Shown piece after piece: positions 8,401 to 19,900 of a DNA stretch of 64,000 nucleotides (the first letter of the stretch is position 1; the number at the start of each line of letters is the position of its first letter). The translations under genes were made by a program, and so were the position numbers. Below the pieces are notes generated by a model. It did not search any database. It was not told where the DNA came from and saw nothing but the letters and a program-made list of their open reading frames with translations. The stretch comes from a virus (lineage: Duplodnaviria; Caudoviricetes). The DNA lies in IMG/VR virus record IMGVR_UViG_3300028886_000060, positions 1-64,000 of that record; one strand, given 5' to 3'.

Positions 8401-11400
8401 ATGGCATTTTTCCAGGAAGCCGCAGTTGATTTATCACGCGGTCTGAATTTTATACCACAAAGAATGCGATATCGTCTTCCTACAAGTAAAGGTGATACAT
8501 CTGTATATCTCTTATCAAATTCATATGAATATGATATAGAGCTTATAAAGAATATGCCTTTGCCAAAGGTTGACTATAAGCACATTATCATCCCGTATCG
8601 TATCATAGATAAGATAGGAATCAAACCATTCAGATACATTTCTTCTATGAATGATTTTAATAGAAAGGTGACTTATCTGAATGGAAAGAAATTACTCCCT
8701 ATACTGACACCAATAAGATTTCCTTATCCTAAAACGATAAAGGAAAATCTTTATATATCTATGTCAGATATTATTCCGATGGTTACACCATTTATGAGAC
8801 AATATTCAAAACAGTATATCCAAGAGAATATATTTGAGTTGTTTAAGAAGATAATAGGCTTCTTTAACTTCTCAAAGAATAAGATTCTTATAATTGACAC
8901 AAAGCGTTATAAGATTTATCAGAATCTTACAATGGATAATTTTTTATCTGATTTGATTAATGCTTTACTTACAGCATATATCATGAATCCACCTGATAAG
9001 ATTAAGAAGCTCGATATGGTTATCATCTTCAGAGCCGAGAATGCTGATTATAAGTTTGATCTCTCATTATTTGAAAAGCGTGATGTTCAACGTATGAAGA
9101 CAATGCTTCAGCAGATTGGTGTTCCTTCAGAAATCGTTGCTCATTCTGATGAAGAAGCTGAAGCAATACATGATGCTGATACAGCTACCGAAGAAACATC
9201 TGATGAAGAAGAATCAAAGGAGATTGATAATCAGCAAGAAGCAACTCCTGAGGTTAAGAATCTTCAGCAGAATAATACAAATGCTACTGCATCAATCAAG
9301 GATACTCTTAATCGGTTAAAGGCTCAGTATGGTACTGATTCTTCTGCTAATGAACGTACTCCCGAAGAGAATGAGAATGCAAAGCTTTATAATGTAAAAA
9401 CAATGGATATCAATGCTACCCTCATTCAACGTATAAATCCTTCAACAGAGATTGTTAATAACTATAAGCGTTTAACAGCTGACATGAAAACTACTGGACA
9501 GGATGAAGTTCAAGGAAAGATAATGAAGGATGCTATGAAGAAGATGTCCGGTGAAGTCGTTCCTTCTAATGAGAAGACTGCTATGAATGCAACATCTTCT
9601 GCTCGCGAACGTCAGATTCGTGAAATGGTTGGTCAAGTTAAGTTGAACAATGTTTCATTTAAAACATTGACATCAATAACTGATGTACCTAAACCCCAAC
9701 CGTTACAACCACTCCATCTGACAACGACTAATCCTGGTGCAATTAAGGGTACTGGTTTTACTCACATATCACAAGAATACGAAGAGAAACTCCTTGATCG
9801 TGACATAGTTGCTACATTCATGAATTTCTCAAAGTTACCTGGTGGATTCTATGTTACAAATGTTGAAGTATCAGATATATCAACTGTAACATCTTTAATG
9901 AATAACTGGAAAGTTACATTAAAGAACAAAGAAAACGATCGTCAGTCTATCATAAACATCAAGGTTCCAAAAGTTATCAATGGACGTTTCTACAATAATG
10001 GTATCTGGTATAATATCGGCAAACAAGACTTTCCTATTCCGATATTAAAAATAAACAAGAAGACTGTTATGTTGACTTCCAACTATAACAAGATTACATG
10101 TACAAGATACGATACTCGTTCTCTTGTCGACTTAGGAATGCTTGTGAAGGTTATTGAAAAACTCACTGATGACAATGGTAGAAACAAATACATCAAGGTT
10201 GGTAACTCATCAAATACCAATTCTCATTTTGTATCTACGATTGAATATGATGAGTATGCTCGTAAGTGGGTTCACTTCATAAACAAAGAAGCACATCTTG
10301 AATTATACTTCAACAGAAATCAGTGTATGAAGGCATACTCATTTGTATCTGTAAAACCAAATGAATTCTGTTGTGGTATGATCAATCAGGTTCCAATCGT
10401 TGTTAATACTGAAACAGGTATGACACGTGATAATGAAACAATAACAGATATCATTCTTCGTACATTACCAGAGAATCTTCAGATTGAATATCGTAAACAG
10501 AAACCTGGTAAGATGAGTATGTATTCTGAAATAACTATTGGTGTTACTATTCCTCTTGGTGTGGCTATTGCTGCATGGGAAGGAATGGGCTCATTGCTTA
10601 AAAAGAGTGGAGCTAAATATCAATACGTTGGTAATGATTTCAGTGATACAAGATATATGATAATTCCATTCAAGGATAAGAGACTTGCTATTGAAAGCTC
10701 TATAAATAACCAGTTGATCTTTAATGGTTTCTATCGTATAAATACAAAAGCTTATATGGCTTCTGAATTTGAAACACCAATAATGAATTCAAATTCTATT
10801 TATGTTGATATATTCAATCAGCTGTTCTTTAAACAGTATTCTCAGTTAACAACATTCATTACATATTACAACTTCTTTGTTGATGCAATAACTGCTGAAG
10901 TATGTGAGCATTATAATATTCCTAATGATATTGCTGGAATGCTTATATATGCTTCTAACTTACTTGCAGACAATAACCATACATCTGAAAACAATGCAGC
11001 ATTATATAGAATTCGTTCTACCGAAATAATTCCTGCTATTATACATTTCAGATTAGCTTTTGCAATATCAAAGTATAATAACAACGTTGGTTCGAAGGCA
11101 CGTGGCAACAACATTGCATTCAATCCAAATGAAGTTATAAACGAACTTCTCGCAGTTCCTAATGTTGAACCTATGTCCGCATTGAATCCTATGGTTGAAC
11201 TTCATGCACGTGAGAATATTACTAAGAAGGGCTTCAAGGGTGTTAACTCTGATCGTTCTTACACACAGGATAAGCGTACATATGAAGATACAATGATTGG
11301 TAAGATGGCCATTTCATCTCCAAACAATAGTACGGTTGGTGTTACTCGTCAGCTTGTTGCTGATCCTAAGATTGAATCAGTTCGTGGATATACATCTGTC

Positions 11401-12669
11401 GATGGTCCTGAAACAAACTTCAATGACTTACAATTAGCTTCTTTCTCCGAGTTGCTTACACCTGGTACGGTTACACGTGATGATGCTATAAGAACGGCTA
11501 TTGCAACTTCTCAAACATCTCATATTGTATCAACTGCAGCAGCTCAACCTGTATTGATTTCTAATGGTGTTGATGAAATCGTTCCTGCATACCTCACTGA
11601 GGAATTTTCATATGTTGCTACTGAAGATGGTCAGGTATTGGAAATCAATGAAGACTATATGATCATTCAATATAAGAGTGGAAAAAAGAAAGCCATTAAT
11701 ATTGGACACAAACCATCATTCAATTCAGGTTCTGGTTTCTATGTTGATAATAAGCTTGATGCAAACTTTGAAGCTGGTGAAAGATTTAAGAAGGGTGATA
11801 TACTTGCATACCATGATAAATTCTTCTCTAAGGGTTCAGATGGTATTGTAAGAATGAATGTTGGTCCTTTGGCAAAAGTTGCGTTTGCTGGATTGTATTC
11901 AACTTATGAAGATGCTGGACTTATAACACCTAAGATGTCTAAGAAACTCGAGACATCATTATCAATGATGCAATCACAAAAAATATCCGCAATGGATGAT
12001 ATAGAGAGTGTTGTTAAGGTTGGTACGGAAGTTGAAATCGGGGATCCATTAATAGTATTTGGTCTTGGTGACACAGGTGACAAATCTGTTGATAACTTCC
12101 TTAAGGCATTCCAAACAAAAGAAACAAATGATGTTCTTAATAATGCAAAACGTATATTCCGTTCAAAGCATGCTGGTAAAGTCGTCGACGTGCGTATGTA
12201 TACAAATAAGAGTATGGATAAATTGTCTCCGTCATTATACAAGATCTTTGATGAATATTTCAAAGCAAATGTTCAACGTAGAAAGATTCTTGATAAATAT
12301 GACAAGACGAATTCTGTATATAAGTTGGATACATTATATTCATTACCAACAGAACCTTTGAAGGGTACAACAATCAAAGGACAGACATGTGATGTTCTTA
12401 TAGAAATCTATATAGAGCATTCTGATGAGGCATCAGTTGGTGATAAGCTTGCTATATATGGTGCATCAAAACAAGTTCTTTCCGAAGTAGTACCAGAAGG
12501 AATGGAACCATACACAGAAACAAGACCAGATGAAGAGGTGTCATTGTTTGTAACACCTTCGGCCATTTTGAAGAGAATGATTCCTTCACTATTAGTAACT
12601 GCTTCTGGTAACAAAGTTTTAGTAGAGTTAAAACGCTCTATAGCAAGGATCTGGAACGAAAATTCATGA
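8401..12669 (+). CDS. multisubunit RNA polymerase beta-like subunit, probably virion RNAP
   Basis: SD AAAGGAG before ATG at 8401. Beta motifs RDDAIRTAIATSQTSH, YSTYEDAGLI, VGDKLA and TPSAILKRM. Long N-terminal extension; ends before the beta C-terminal clamp region, as in split jumbo-phage RNAPs. Confidence 0.9.
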   Translation: MAFFQEAAVDLSRGLNFIPQRMRYRLPTSKGDTSVYLLSNSYEYDIELIKNMPLPKVDYKHIIIPYRIIDKIGIKPFRYISSMNDFNRKVTYLNGKKLLPILTPIRFPYPKTIKENLYISMSDIIPMVTPFMRQYSKQYIQENIFELFKKIIGFFNFSKNKILIIDTKRYKIYQNLTMDNFLSDLINALLTAYIMNPPDKIKKLDMVIIFRAENADYKFDLSLFEKRDVQRMKTMLQQIGVPSEIVAHSDEEAEAIHDADTATEETSDEEESKEIDNQQEATPEVKNLQQNNTNATASIKDTLNRLKAQYGTDSSANERTPEENENAKLYNVKTMDINATLIQRINPSTEIVNNYKRLTADMKTTGQDEVQGKIMKDAMKKMSGEVVPSNEKTAMNATSSARERQIREMVGQVKLNNVSFKTLTSITDVPKPQPLQPLHLTTTNPGAIKGTGFTHISQEYEEKLLDRDIVATFMNFSKLPGGFYVTNVEVSDISTVTSLMNNWKVTLKNKENDRQSIINIKVPKVINGRFYNNGIWYNIGKQDFPIPILKINKKTVMLTSNYNKITCTRYDTRSLVDLGMLVKVIEKLTDDNGRNKYIKVGNSSNTNSHFVSTIEYDEYARKWVHFINKEAHLELYFNRNQCMKAYSFVSVKPNEFCCGMINQVPIVVNTETGMTRDNETITDIILRTLPENLQIEYRKQKPGKMSMYSEITIGVTIPLGVAIAAWEGMGSLLKKSGAKYQYVGNDFSDTRYMIIPFKDKRLAIESSINNQLIFNGFYRINTKAYMASEFETPIMNSNSIYVDIFNQLFFKQYSQLTTFITYYNFFVDAITAEVCEHYNIPNDIAGMLIYASNLLADNNHTSENNAALYRIRSTEIIPAIIHFRLAFAISKYNNNVGSKARGNNIAFNPNEVINELLAVPNVEPMSALNPMVELHARENITKKGFKGVNSDRSYTQDKRTYEDTMIGKMAISSPNNSTVGVTRQLVADPKIESVRGYTSVDGPETNFNDLQLASFSELLTPGTVTRDDAIRTAIATSQTSHIVSTAAAQPVLISNGVDEIVPAYLTEEFSYVATEDGQVLEINEDYMIIQYKSGKKKAINIGHKPSFNSGSGFYVDNKLDANFEAGERFKKGDILAYHDKFFSKGSDGIVRMNVGPLAKVAFAGLYSTYEDAGLITPKMSKKLETSLSMMQSQKISAMDDIESVVKVGTEVEIGDPLIVFGLGDTGDKSVDNFLKAFQTKETNDVLNNAKRIFRSKHAGKVVDVRMYTNKSMDKLSPSLYKIFDEYFKANVQRRKILDKYDKTNSVYKLDTLYSLPTEPLKGTTIKGQTCDVLIEIYIEHSDEASVGDKLAIYGASKQVLSEVVPEGMEPYTETRPDEEVSLFVTPSAILKRMIPSLLVTASGNKVLVELKRSIARIWNENS

Positions 12670-12774
12670 TTTTTATGATTTAAATTAAGATGAAAGTGGG
12701 GGTATTTTCACCCCCACCGATCATCTTGGTGGAATTGAAGTACAATCGACAAAATGTGGAAAATAATAAAAAAT

Positions 12775-12799
12775 AAGCAGGGGCAATACGCCCCTGCTT
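12775..12799. terminator. bidirectional hairpin terminator
   Basis: AAGCAGGGGC-AATAC-GCCCCTGCTT flanked by A and T tracts; a second hairpin lies at about 12696-12717. Confidence 0.7.
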
Positions 12800-12804
12800 T
12801 TATA

Positions 12805-13728
12805 TTATTCTTCGTCAAATTCTATAACTCTTTCTCTGGGTTCCTGGTTCTTTTCTTCAGCAACCTCTCTGAGGATGCCTTTCCAGTAGCCTTGAATAAA
12901 GATACGTTTATGCCCATTCTTTATCTTCTGATTGCGCCAGTGGCCGCTGACCCACCAGAAGGGTTCCTTAATCTGATGACTACCTTTCTCTTTGGCGAAT
13001 GTTATGTCAGAAATGTCACCGAGTGTTATTTTCTTAACATATCTTTTCGGGGCTTTCTTTTTGTTGTTGGTACGTTTCTTATCCTCATAAGGGACGGTTT
13101 CTCTGTGGAATCTTGCCTCTAATACTGGATTAAGAAGTGCAATCTGGATACCATACCAAGACAGAAAGAATATATCTCGGAAGCTTGTCACTTCTTCGAT
13201 TGCTTCGCGCTGGGCCTGTTCGTTCTCTAACTGATATATTGGATTAGGAACCTTTACGATCGGTACCCAATCAAATACTAAATTGTCAAACATCCTCAGT
13301 GCAACTCTGAATTTGATATTGTCTAATACAATAATGTCTATAAATCCAATTAAGAAAGGATGACCTTCTTTTTCATTTCTTATTGAATCTAAGATACTTT
13401 CCTTATCTAAGACGCATACTCGACCCCTTACATGCATATCCGGTATAACCATTTCTATGTCAGGTGATGGGATTGTTCCCGCGACTATTATATCACCTCT
13501 TACAATGATTCCATCATTAGAAACAACGTGTCCTTCGTTATCCCTAAATGGTTCTGGAGCCTTTTCTTTTGGTATTACCTCAAGAAGCTTTTTCTTTACA
13601 TCTTTTGACAGTGTAATTGTTTCTTTTACTCTTGGAATTTCTCCTTCGAATATTTCTTCTGTTGTAAGCATTGCGTGTCCGTATCCATTGTTAAGATTGA
13701 TAAACTTAACATTACAATTATTATTCAT
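12805..13728 (-). CDS. hypothetical phage protein with a C-terminal WVSGHWR motif
   Basis: 307 aa; similar to ORF 51280..52101 (SWYGIQIALLNP versus IWYGLMHLMLYP). Confidence 0.7.
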   Translation of the reverse strand: MNNNCNVKFINLNNGYGHAMLTTEEIFEGEIPRVKETITLSKDVKKKLLEVIPKEKAPEPFRDNEGHVVSNDGIIVRGDIIVAGTIPSPDIEMVIPDMHVRGRVCVLDKESILDSIRNEKEGHPFLIGFIDIIVLDNIKFRVALRMFDNLVFDWVPIVKVPNPIYQLENEQAQREAIEEVTSFRDIFFLSWYGIQIALLNPVLEARFHRETVPYEDKKRTNNKKKAPKRYVKKITLGDISDITFAKEKGSHQIKEPFWWVSGHWRNQKIKNGHKRIFIQGYWKGILREVAEEKNQEPRERVIEFDEE

Positions 13729-13805
13729 ATGAATCTCCTAACGCATAAACCGCATCGCGTCACAACGGTAATATTATGAGACATGAAAGATTTTCTTTCT
13801 TTTCT

Positions 13806-13824
13806 CATATTAATAATATATATA
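13806..13824 (-). promoter_or_regulatory. early-type phage promoter motif
   Basis: Minus strand reads TATATATATTATTAATATG. Confidence 0.7.
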
Positions 13825-13865
13825 CAGAGATTCCTTATAATCCTTCGGGTAGCATAGAAAAAATA

Positions 13866-13878
13866 AACGCCAAGGTAA
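13866..13878 (+). promoter_or_regulatory. late-type phage promoter (AACG-N6-TAA)
   Basis: Same spacing as the AR9 late consensus AACA-N6-TA; precedes a giant structural gene. Confidence 0.65.
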
Positions 13879-13917
13879 GCATTCACCAAACTCTTTATAG
13901 AAAGGAATGATAAATGA

Positions 13918-16900
13918 ATGGCTAAAATGAATTATAATGGTTGGTTCTATGATCAACATAAATACTTCAAAGGTAGCCGTACAGGTATTACCGATTTTAT
14001 TGATAATAAATGGGTAAATATTAATGATAGATTCCGTTCATTGATGGATATGGAATCAGAACTCATTACAGAACAACCATTCATGATTAATGGTAATAAT
14101 ACAGGTTTTGATAAGCTTATCGATTTGATGGGTCGTTCTAATTATACATTTGAAGATCTTGATGAATCTATGAAAGAAACTTATCGTATGTCATTACAAA
14201 ATGCAATGTCACGTAATCTCGTGAATACACATGCTGTAATGTTCCATACTAATAATATGGATAAGAAGAATGTGACTTCTGATAAGTTTACTCATTATCG
14301 TATCATAGAAGCACCATTTAATCAGCTTCACTTCGGACATCGTGATGAATTCATTCGTCAGAAACTTCAGGAGATGCATTCTAAAGCTTTTGAGAATTAT
14401 GTTTCAATAGACAAATTCAATACTTCTGAATTTACAAAAATACTCGACTTCTCTATCATATGCACAGTAAATGGTTATTTCTGTAATGACTGTAAGGTTG
14501 CTATTTCTGATAAAGGTTTCAAATTCAAAGTAGGTTGGCCTTATGCATCTGATGTAGATTTCATAGTATATAAACTTGATCATGCTCAAATGTTTTCGAT
14601 AAATATTCCTGTATCCAGAATACGTAATAACAACACAATTCCTTATTCTGTTATGGGAATAACACCAAACAATCTTGAGAATCTGAAATGTATCATTAAT
14701 ATATATGATAAAGGATTCGCAAGAACTGTTCCTACTGCACCAAACTTCGGTGTATTCACACAAAACGGTCTTCTTATAAAGAATCTCCAGAAGGTTACTG
14801 AAAACAATTTTGAAAGATTCTATGGTAATAAGGACCTCACACAACAAACAATCACTGTTGATATATATGCTTTAAAGTTCTTCCAGGAAATACCTGACTT
14901 GTATCCAGCTATTAACTACATTGATTTGATGGATAATAGAGTCGTATATAATGAAAGATATGAATATATCAAAACACCAGAAGGTGATAAGGTTGTTGCA
15001 ACTTCAACCAAGAACATCAATTATCTGGAGACATGTACACCTCCTATTGCTATCGATAGAAACACAACTTATTCTTTCGATATAATCGTAAAGTGTTTAT
15101 CAATGTACGATTATCTTATGCAATTCAATGATGACATGATCAATATCGGTCAGTGTTTGTTATACGGATCAGAACAAGATTTCGTTGGTATATATAAACC
15201 AAAGCTCAATGAGATATATCAAGCAATGATTTTATCTCTTAAAGATTATCAACAAGGTGCTATTATAACATCACTCATATCAAGTGAGAAAATTGAGAAG
15301 TTTGAAACTCTCATAACAAATGTAAAGAATCTTGCAACGTTGACAGATTTCTCTTTGGCTCAACAATATGTATTTGATGAGTTATATGATACAAATTATA
15401 GAGCTACATTAAAAGACATAACAGAACCATTCAGATCTGAAGTGTTGGCTCCATTCATAACAATGAAAGATATGAAGCCAAACTATTTCGTTGATGATAA
15501 CTCAACAAGATTCAACAGACCTATTTCAGAAGAATGTTTTATTGCATTACGTTATCATCGTGATGATGAATGTTGGTTATTTGATTATCCAAAAATAAAA
15601 CATTTCCATGGTATAGGTAATACATTCTATATCAATACGAATCTTAAAGGTGATGAAATATTCAAGTTCTTTGTTCTTTATAGTGATAATGAATCACCGG
15701 CAGAAACAGAGGTAGAACATTTCGATCTGAATACAGTTCTTGACTTTGATTTGTTCATGACAGAAGTAAACAAGCACATGGGTTATATAAGATATTGGGA
15801 TGTAGAGAATCGTTTGTTAAAGATGACAAAGATGTTATATGACAGATATGATGATGAAACATGTGTTCAAGTTTTATCAAAGATTCTCAAAAGAAAGATA
15901 TCTGGTGATGACTTCATAAAGGTATATCCTTCTGACATAAACTATGAAGATTCAAATAAGACATCTGACAATGTTGATAATTATACTGAGAATTCCGAAC
16001 GCGGTCCTTTTGGTATAAACTTCTTGTTCTATACTTTGTCAATGTTGAATAATAACGAAGATAAACTTCAGTCATATTTCTATCATTATCTCACCGATAA
16101 AAAGTTTGATAAACGATATGGTGATGTGGATATATCTTCTGTTGTTAAGGGTGATAAATATCCTTTGAATTATTCTGAGTTTACTATAGCACCAGCTCGT
16201 CTCAGTAATACATCTGTAAGACCTGCAAGGACTGTTGCATTTTATGGTGTACCATTATTACTTGATTCTTCTGGCAGTGACATATACACGCCGTACAGAT
16301 ACGTGATGAATGTATATAAACCAGAAATAAAATATCCAAGTTTAACAGAAAATGGTTTAGATGATACATACTATGCTCAGTATAATGAGATAGAATCATA
16401 TGGTGGTTCAGTTGTATCATATCACGATGACATCTATCTTGGTAAACTGATGACAAAGTATCTTTGTTCTGTATATGATTATATATCAACATTACAAACA
16501 AACTACAAGGAATCATATAACCAATCATCTGTTATTGAATCTGCTATCAAGACAATCAACGAACATATCAAGACTATCAATGATTTCTTGGTGGATGCTA
16601 ATATAGTTGATATTGATGAGATAACCGATCCAAACTTAGTAAGCTCATTAGTTACTATAAACAATGAATTCTTATCAAGATTAAATACGATGAAAACTTT
16701 GATAGATGATATCTCAACAGTAATATTGGTTCCTAAAACGAACATTGTTGCTTATATCAATTCAACAGTACTCAATACTCTTAAGAATGTTTATGTTACA
16801 ACCGGATTTGATAACAATGCAATGAAGCGTGCAAGAATGTTATATATTCATCTCAAGAAAATCAATAGTCCAATGAATCCATATCTGTTTAAGAAATGGC

Positions 16901-19900
16901 TTGATGGAATTGATATGTATATTCTTGAACATCTGGATGAATTACTTGCTGCAAATGAGAATTATGATCTTGGTTCAAATACATTCCGTAGAATGTATGA
17001 TGTATTGAATGAATACATAACAAGATTGAATACAACTAATTCTATTCAGTTACTTGATGAAGAAGTCAAGAATTTGACAGAGTCTTTATATACTAATCAT
17101 ATAGAACCAATCGTTCAATATTGTGATGATATAATCAATAAACTTACATTTGATTTATTCACAATAAATTCATTGAACTTTGATACGAGTATAAAGTATA
17201 ATGTCAAACCGGCTTATATGGTAATAACATTACCGTATTCAGAATATACACATCCTCCCGTTGGTTTGCAGATAAACTCACCAGCCACTCTTATATTCCA
17301 ACCAATAATAGATATCGATGGTTCTAAGTATGTAATTAAATCATTTGCTAATATTTGTGAATATATCTTCTTTAGAGGAGAAAGTATGTCAAATGTTGTA
17401 ATGAATATTTTGAATTCTAACGGTGCTGTTATATCTACTCAACATATATCCATTGATTTCACAAGAACATCTTCAACGGCTGACAATGTTAATACATTCT
17501 ATCAGATTGCAAATATAAACACAGAAGCTATTGAATTTCAAAATGCTCATGAATCATTTGAAGTAGTAAATAATCTTGTTGTAAATGAGAAACATGCTGA
17601 CATGAATTATGAGTTGCTTGTTGGAAATCAGTTTACTCCTCTTGATCATGAAATAGAAATGATACTTGAACCCGAAACATGGTTACCTGGTTCTGTTGAT
17701 AGATTACGTGTTGAGAATCAATTGATCAATAGAATGACAATGCTTGAATTTGGTCATCGTAAATGCACAGATGTATTCTTTAAACCATCTCAGGTAATGC
17801 ATATTGAGTATAACAATAATGGTTCGATTGATTCTGTATATGGTAAATACTTTGAAGGACAATCAATATATCTCAAGACAACCGATGGTTTATGTGTATT
17901 CCCTGTAAAGATTACTGCGATCGATCATTCTGTGAATAAAGGCTTTATAGAAGCAAAAGTTGATGGATGGAATTCAAAGTGGTTTAAAATATCCGATCCT
18001 GCAAAAATAACCGAATATTTGAAATATAATATTGAATGTGAAGTTATGAATGATAACATGAGAAATTTCCTTGATGAATTTTCTGATGGTGATTTCCAAA
18101 CATACTTCAATCCGGGTTATTCACCAACAAGTGTTGTTTATGATGAAAACATAGATAATGCTTATAAGCTTCCTGGTGATCCAATATTTGTTTCATCTAA
18201 TGCGGATTTTGTTTATACTCGTCTCAACTGGATATTCAATGATCTTGTACCAAATAGATTCATTGATGAAGAACATAAGACTCATAAGTTCATGTACATC
18301 ACTGCAGGTTTCATTAATAATGAGCATGATGAATTGAAGATAAACATGATAAACCATGACTTCAATAATACTTCATTACCGGAAAGATATCCTGTATTGA
18401 GAGATGAACCAAATGATCATGAGATATGGAATCAAGAAATAAACACTTTCACAACCATCAAAGATAATGCTTATAATAGTATCTATCATGATGATGGTTA
18501 TATGCGTAATCGAATTCAAGCAGAATATGCTTTGGAACATGCTAAAACAATCTATGAGCGTGAATATTATATTGAACTCATTGATTCATATGATAGAAAG
18601 ATTGCACGTGCTCAAGAGCTTATAGATCGTTTAACTCTGTATATTCGTCAACTTGAGAAACCGACAACATGGTTCAATGTAAGATCATTCGAATCAACGT
18701 TGGTTTACATTGCAAATGGTAGAGCAGATAAGTTCTCACCACACTTTGTTTCTAACATACGAGACCTTATATATACAGATAAGGTTGATGTGTTCTTGTA
18801 TGATTGGGAACATAAACATTGGTTAGATCCATCAACATATGAAATGGAAACAGAATTCGTTGATGCTGTCAAGATTGATGAGTGTGATGATTATACAACA
18901 AATCGGGTTCTTTATACATTCACAATTAAACCATTGGCAGGATTCGAATACTCCAACAAAATACTTGTTTATTTCTCATATGATAAGTCTGATATCTTTG
19001 ATGACATAGCAATGAATCCGCCAACATGTCAGGTTAAATTCAAACCATTATTATCTCTTGATAATAAGATAACTGATTATGATCCCTACAAGGAAATCAA
19101 TATTCGTAAACACTTCGATGGTTATGAAGAATATACTGTTGATAGTGAAGATATTCATGTTAAGCGTGTTAAGCGTAGTGGTAAATATACATATGCTCCA
19201 ACATTCAGAGTATGTGATATATTGATTCATGACAACAACGGTGATCACACATATGAAGACATTGATGAATTCTTAGTACCTAATCAGTTTGGTTTTGATA
19301 CTACACAAAGAATGCTCTGTACTCCACAGTACTCAACAACCATTCATTCTGAAATAGATTCATTTGAAATTGGTAAAGAAGTGAAGTTGATTTGTATAAA
19401 CAACAATGGTGTTTCTTCTTATGATGGAAACATCTCATCTATAATGTTTACTGCTATTACATCAGAAGATAATGGTGAACAACATATCGACATTATTGGA
19501 TCAACATTACCAAACTACGTTACTGGATCATTTGTATGTACTGTATTCAAAGACGATAGATACAAACCCGTAGGTGGTGTTATAACAGTAACAATCACTA
19601 ATACTCAAGAACCAATATTCGGCGAATGGATACGTGTTCCGATGGAGTATATGACATACCGCGAAGTACCAAATGAATTCAAGATTGTCATGAAGGTTCC
19701 AACAACAGGAGATACAATAGTAACCCTGAAGAATCAGTACATCAGAGATATCGATGATACTGTTTCACTTAACAATTCTGGTTTGAATAATCCATATGAG
19801 TATTATTATGATCAGAAGCATCATGTTCGTTTGCCGATATCAAATGTTCGTATTAATGAAGACAGAGAACGTCTCGTAATAGATACATCTTTAAATGAAA

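Noticed and set aside
8401-12669. Introns or inteins in RNAP and polymerase genes, as occur in AR9
   Set aside because: The ORFs are continuous and no intein or LAGLIDADG motifs were recognised.
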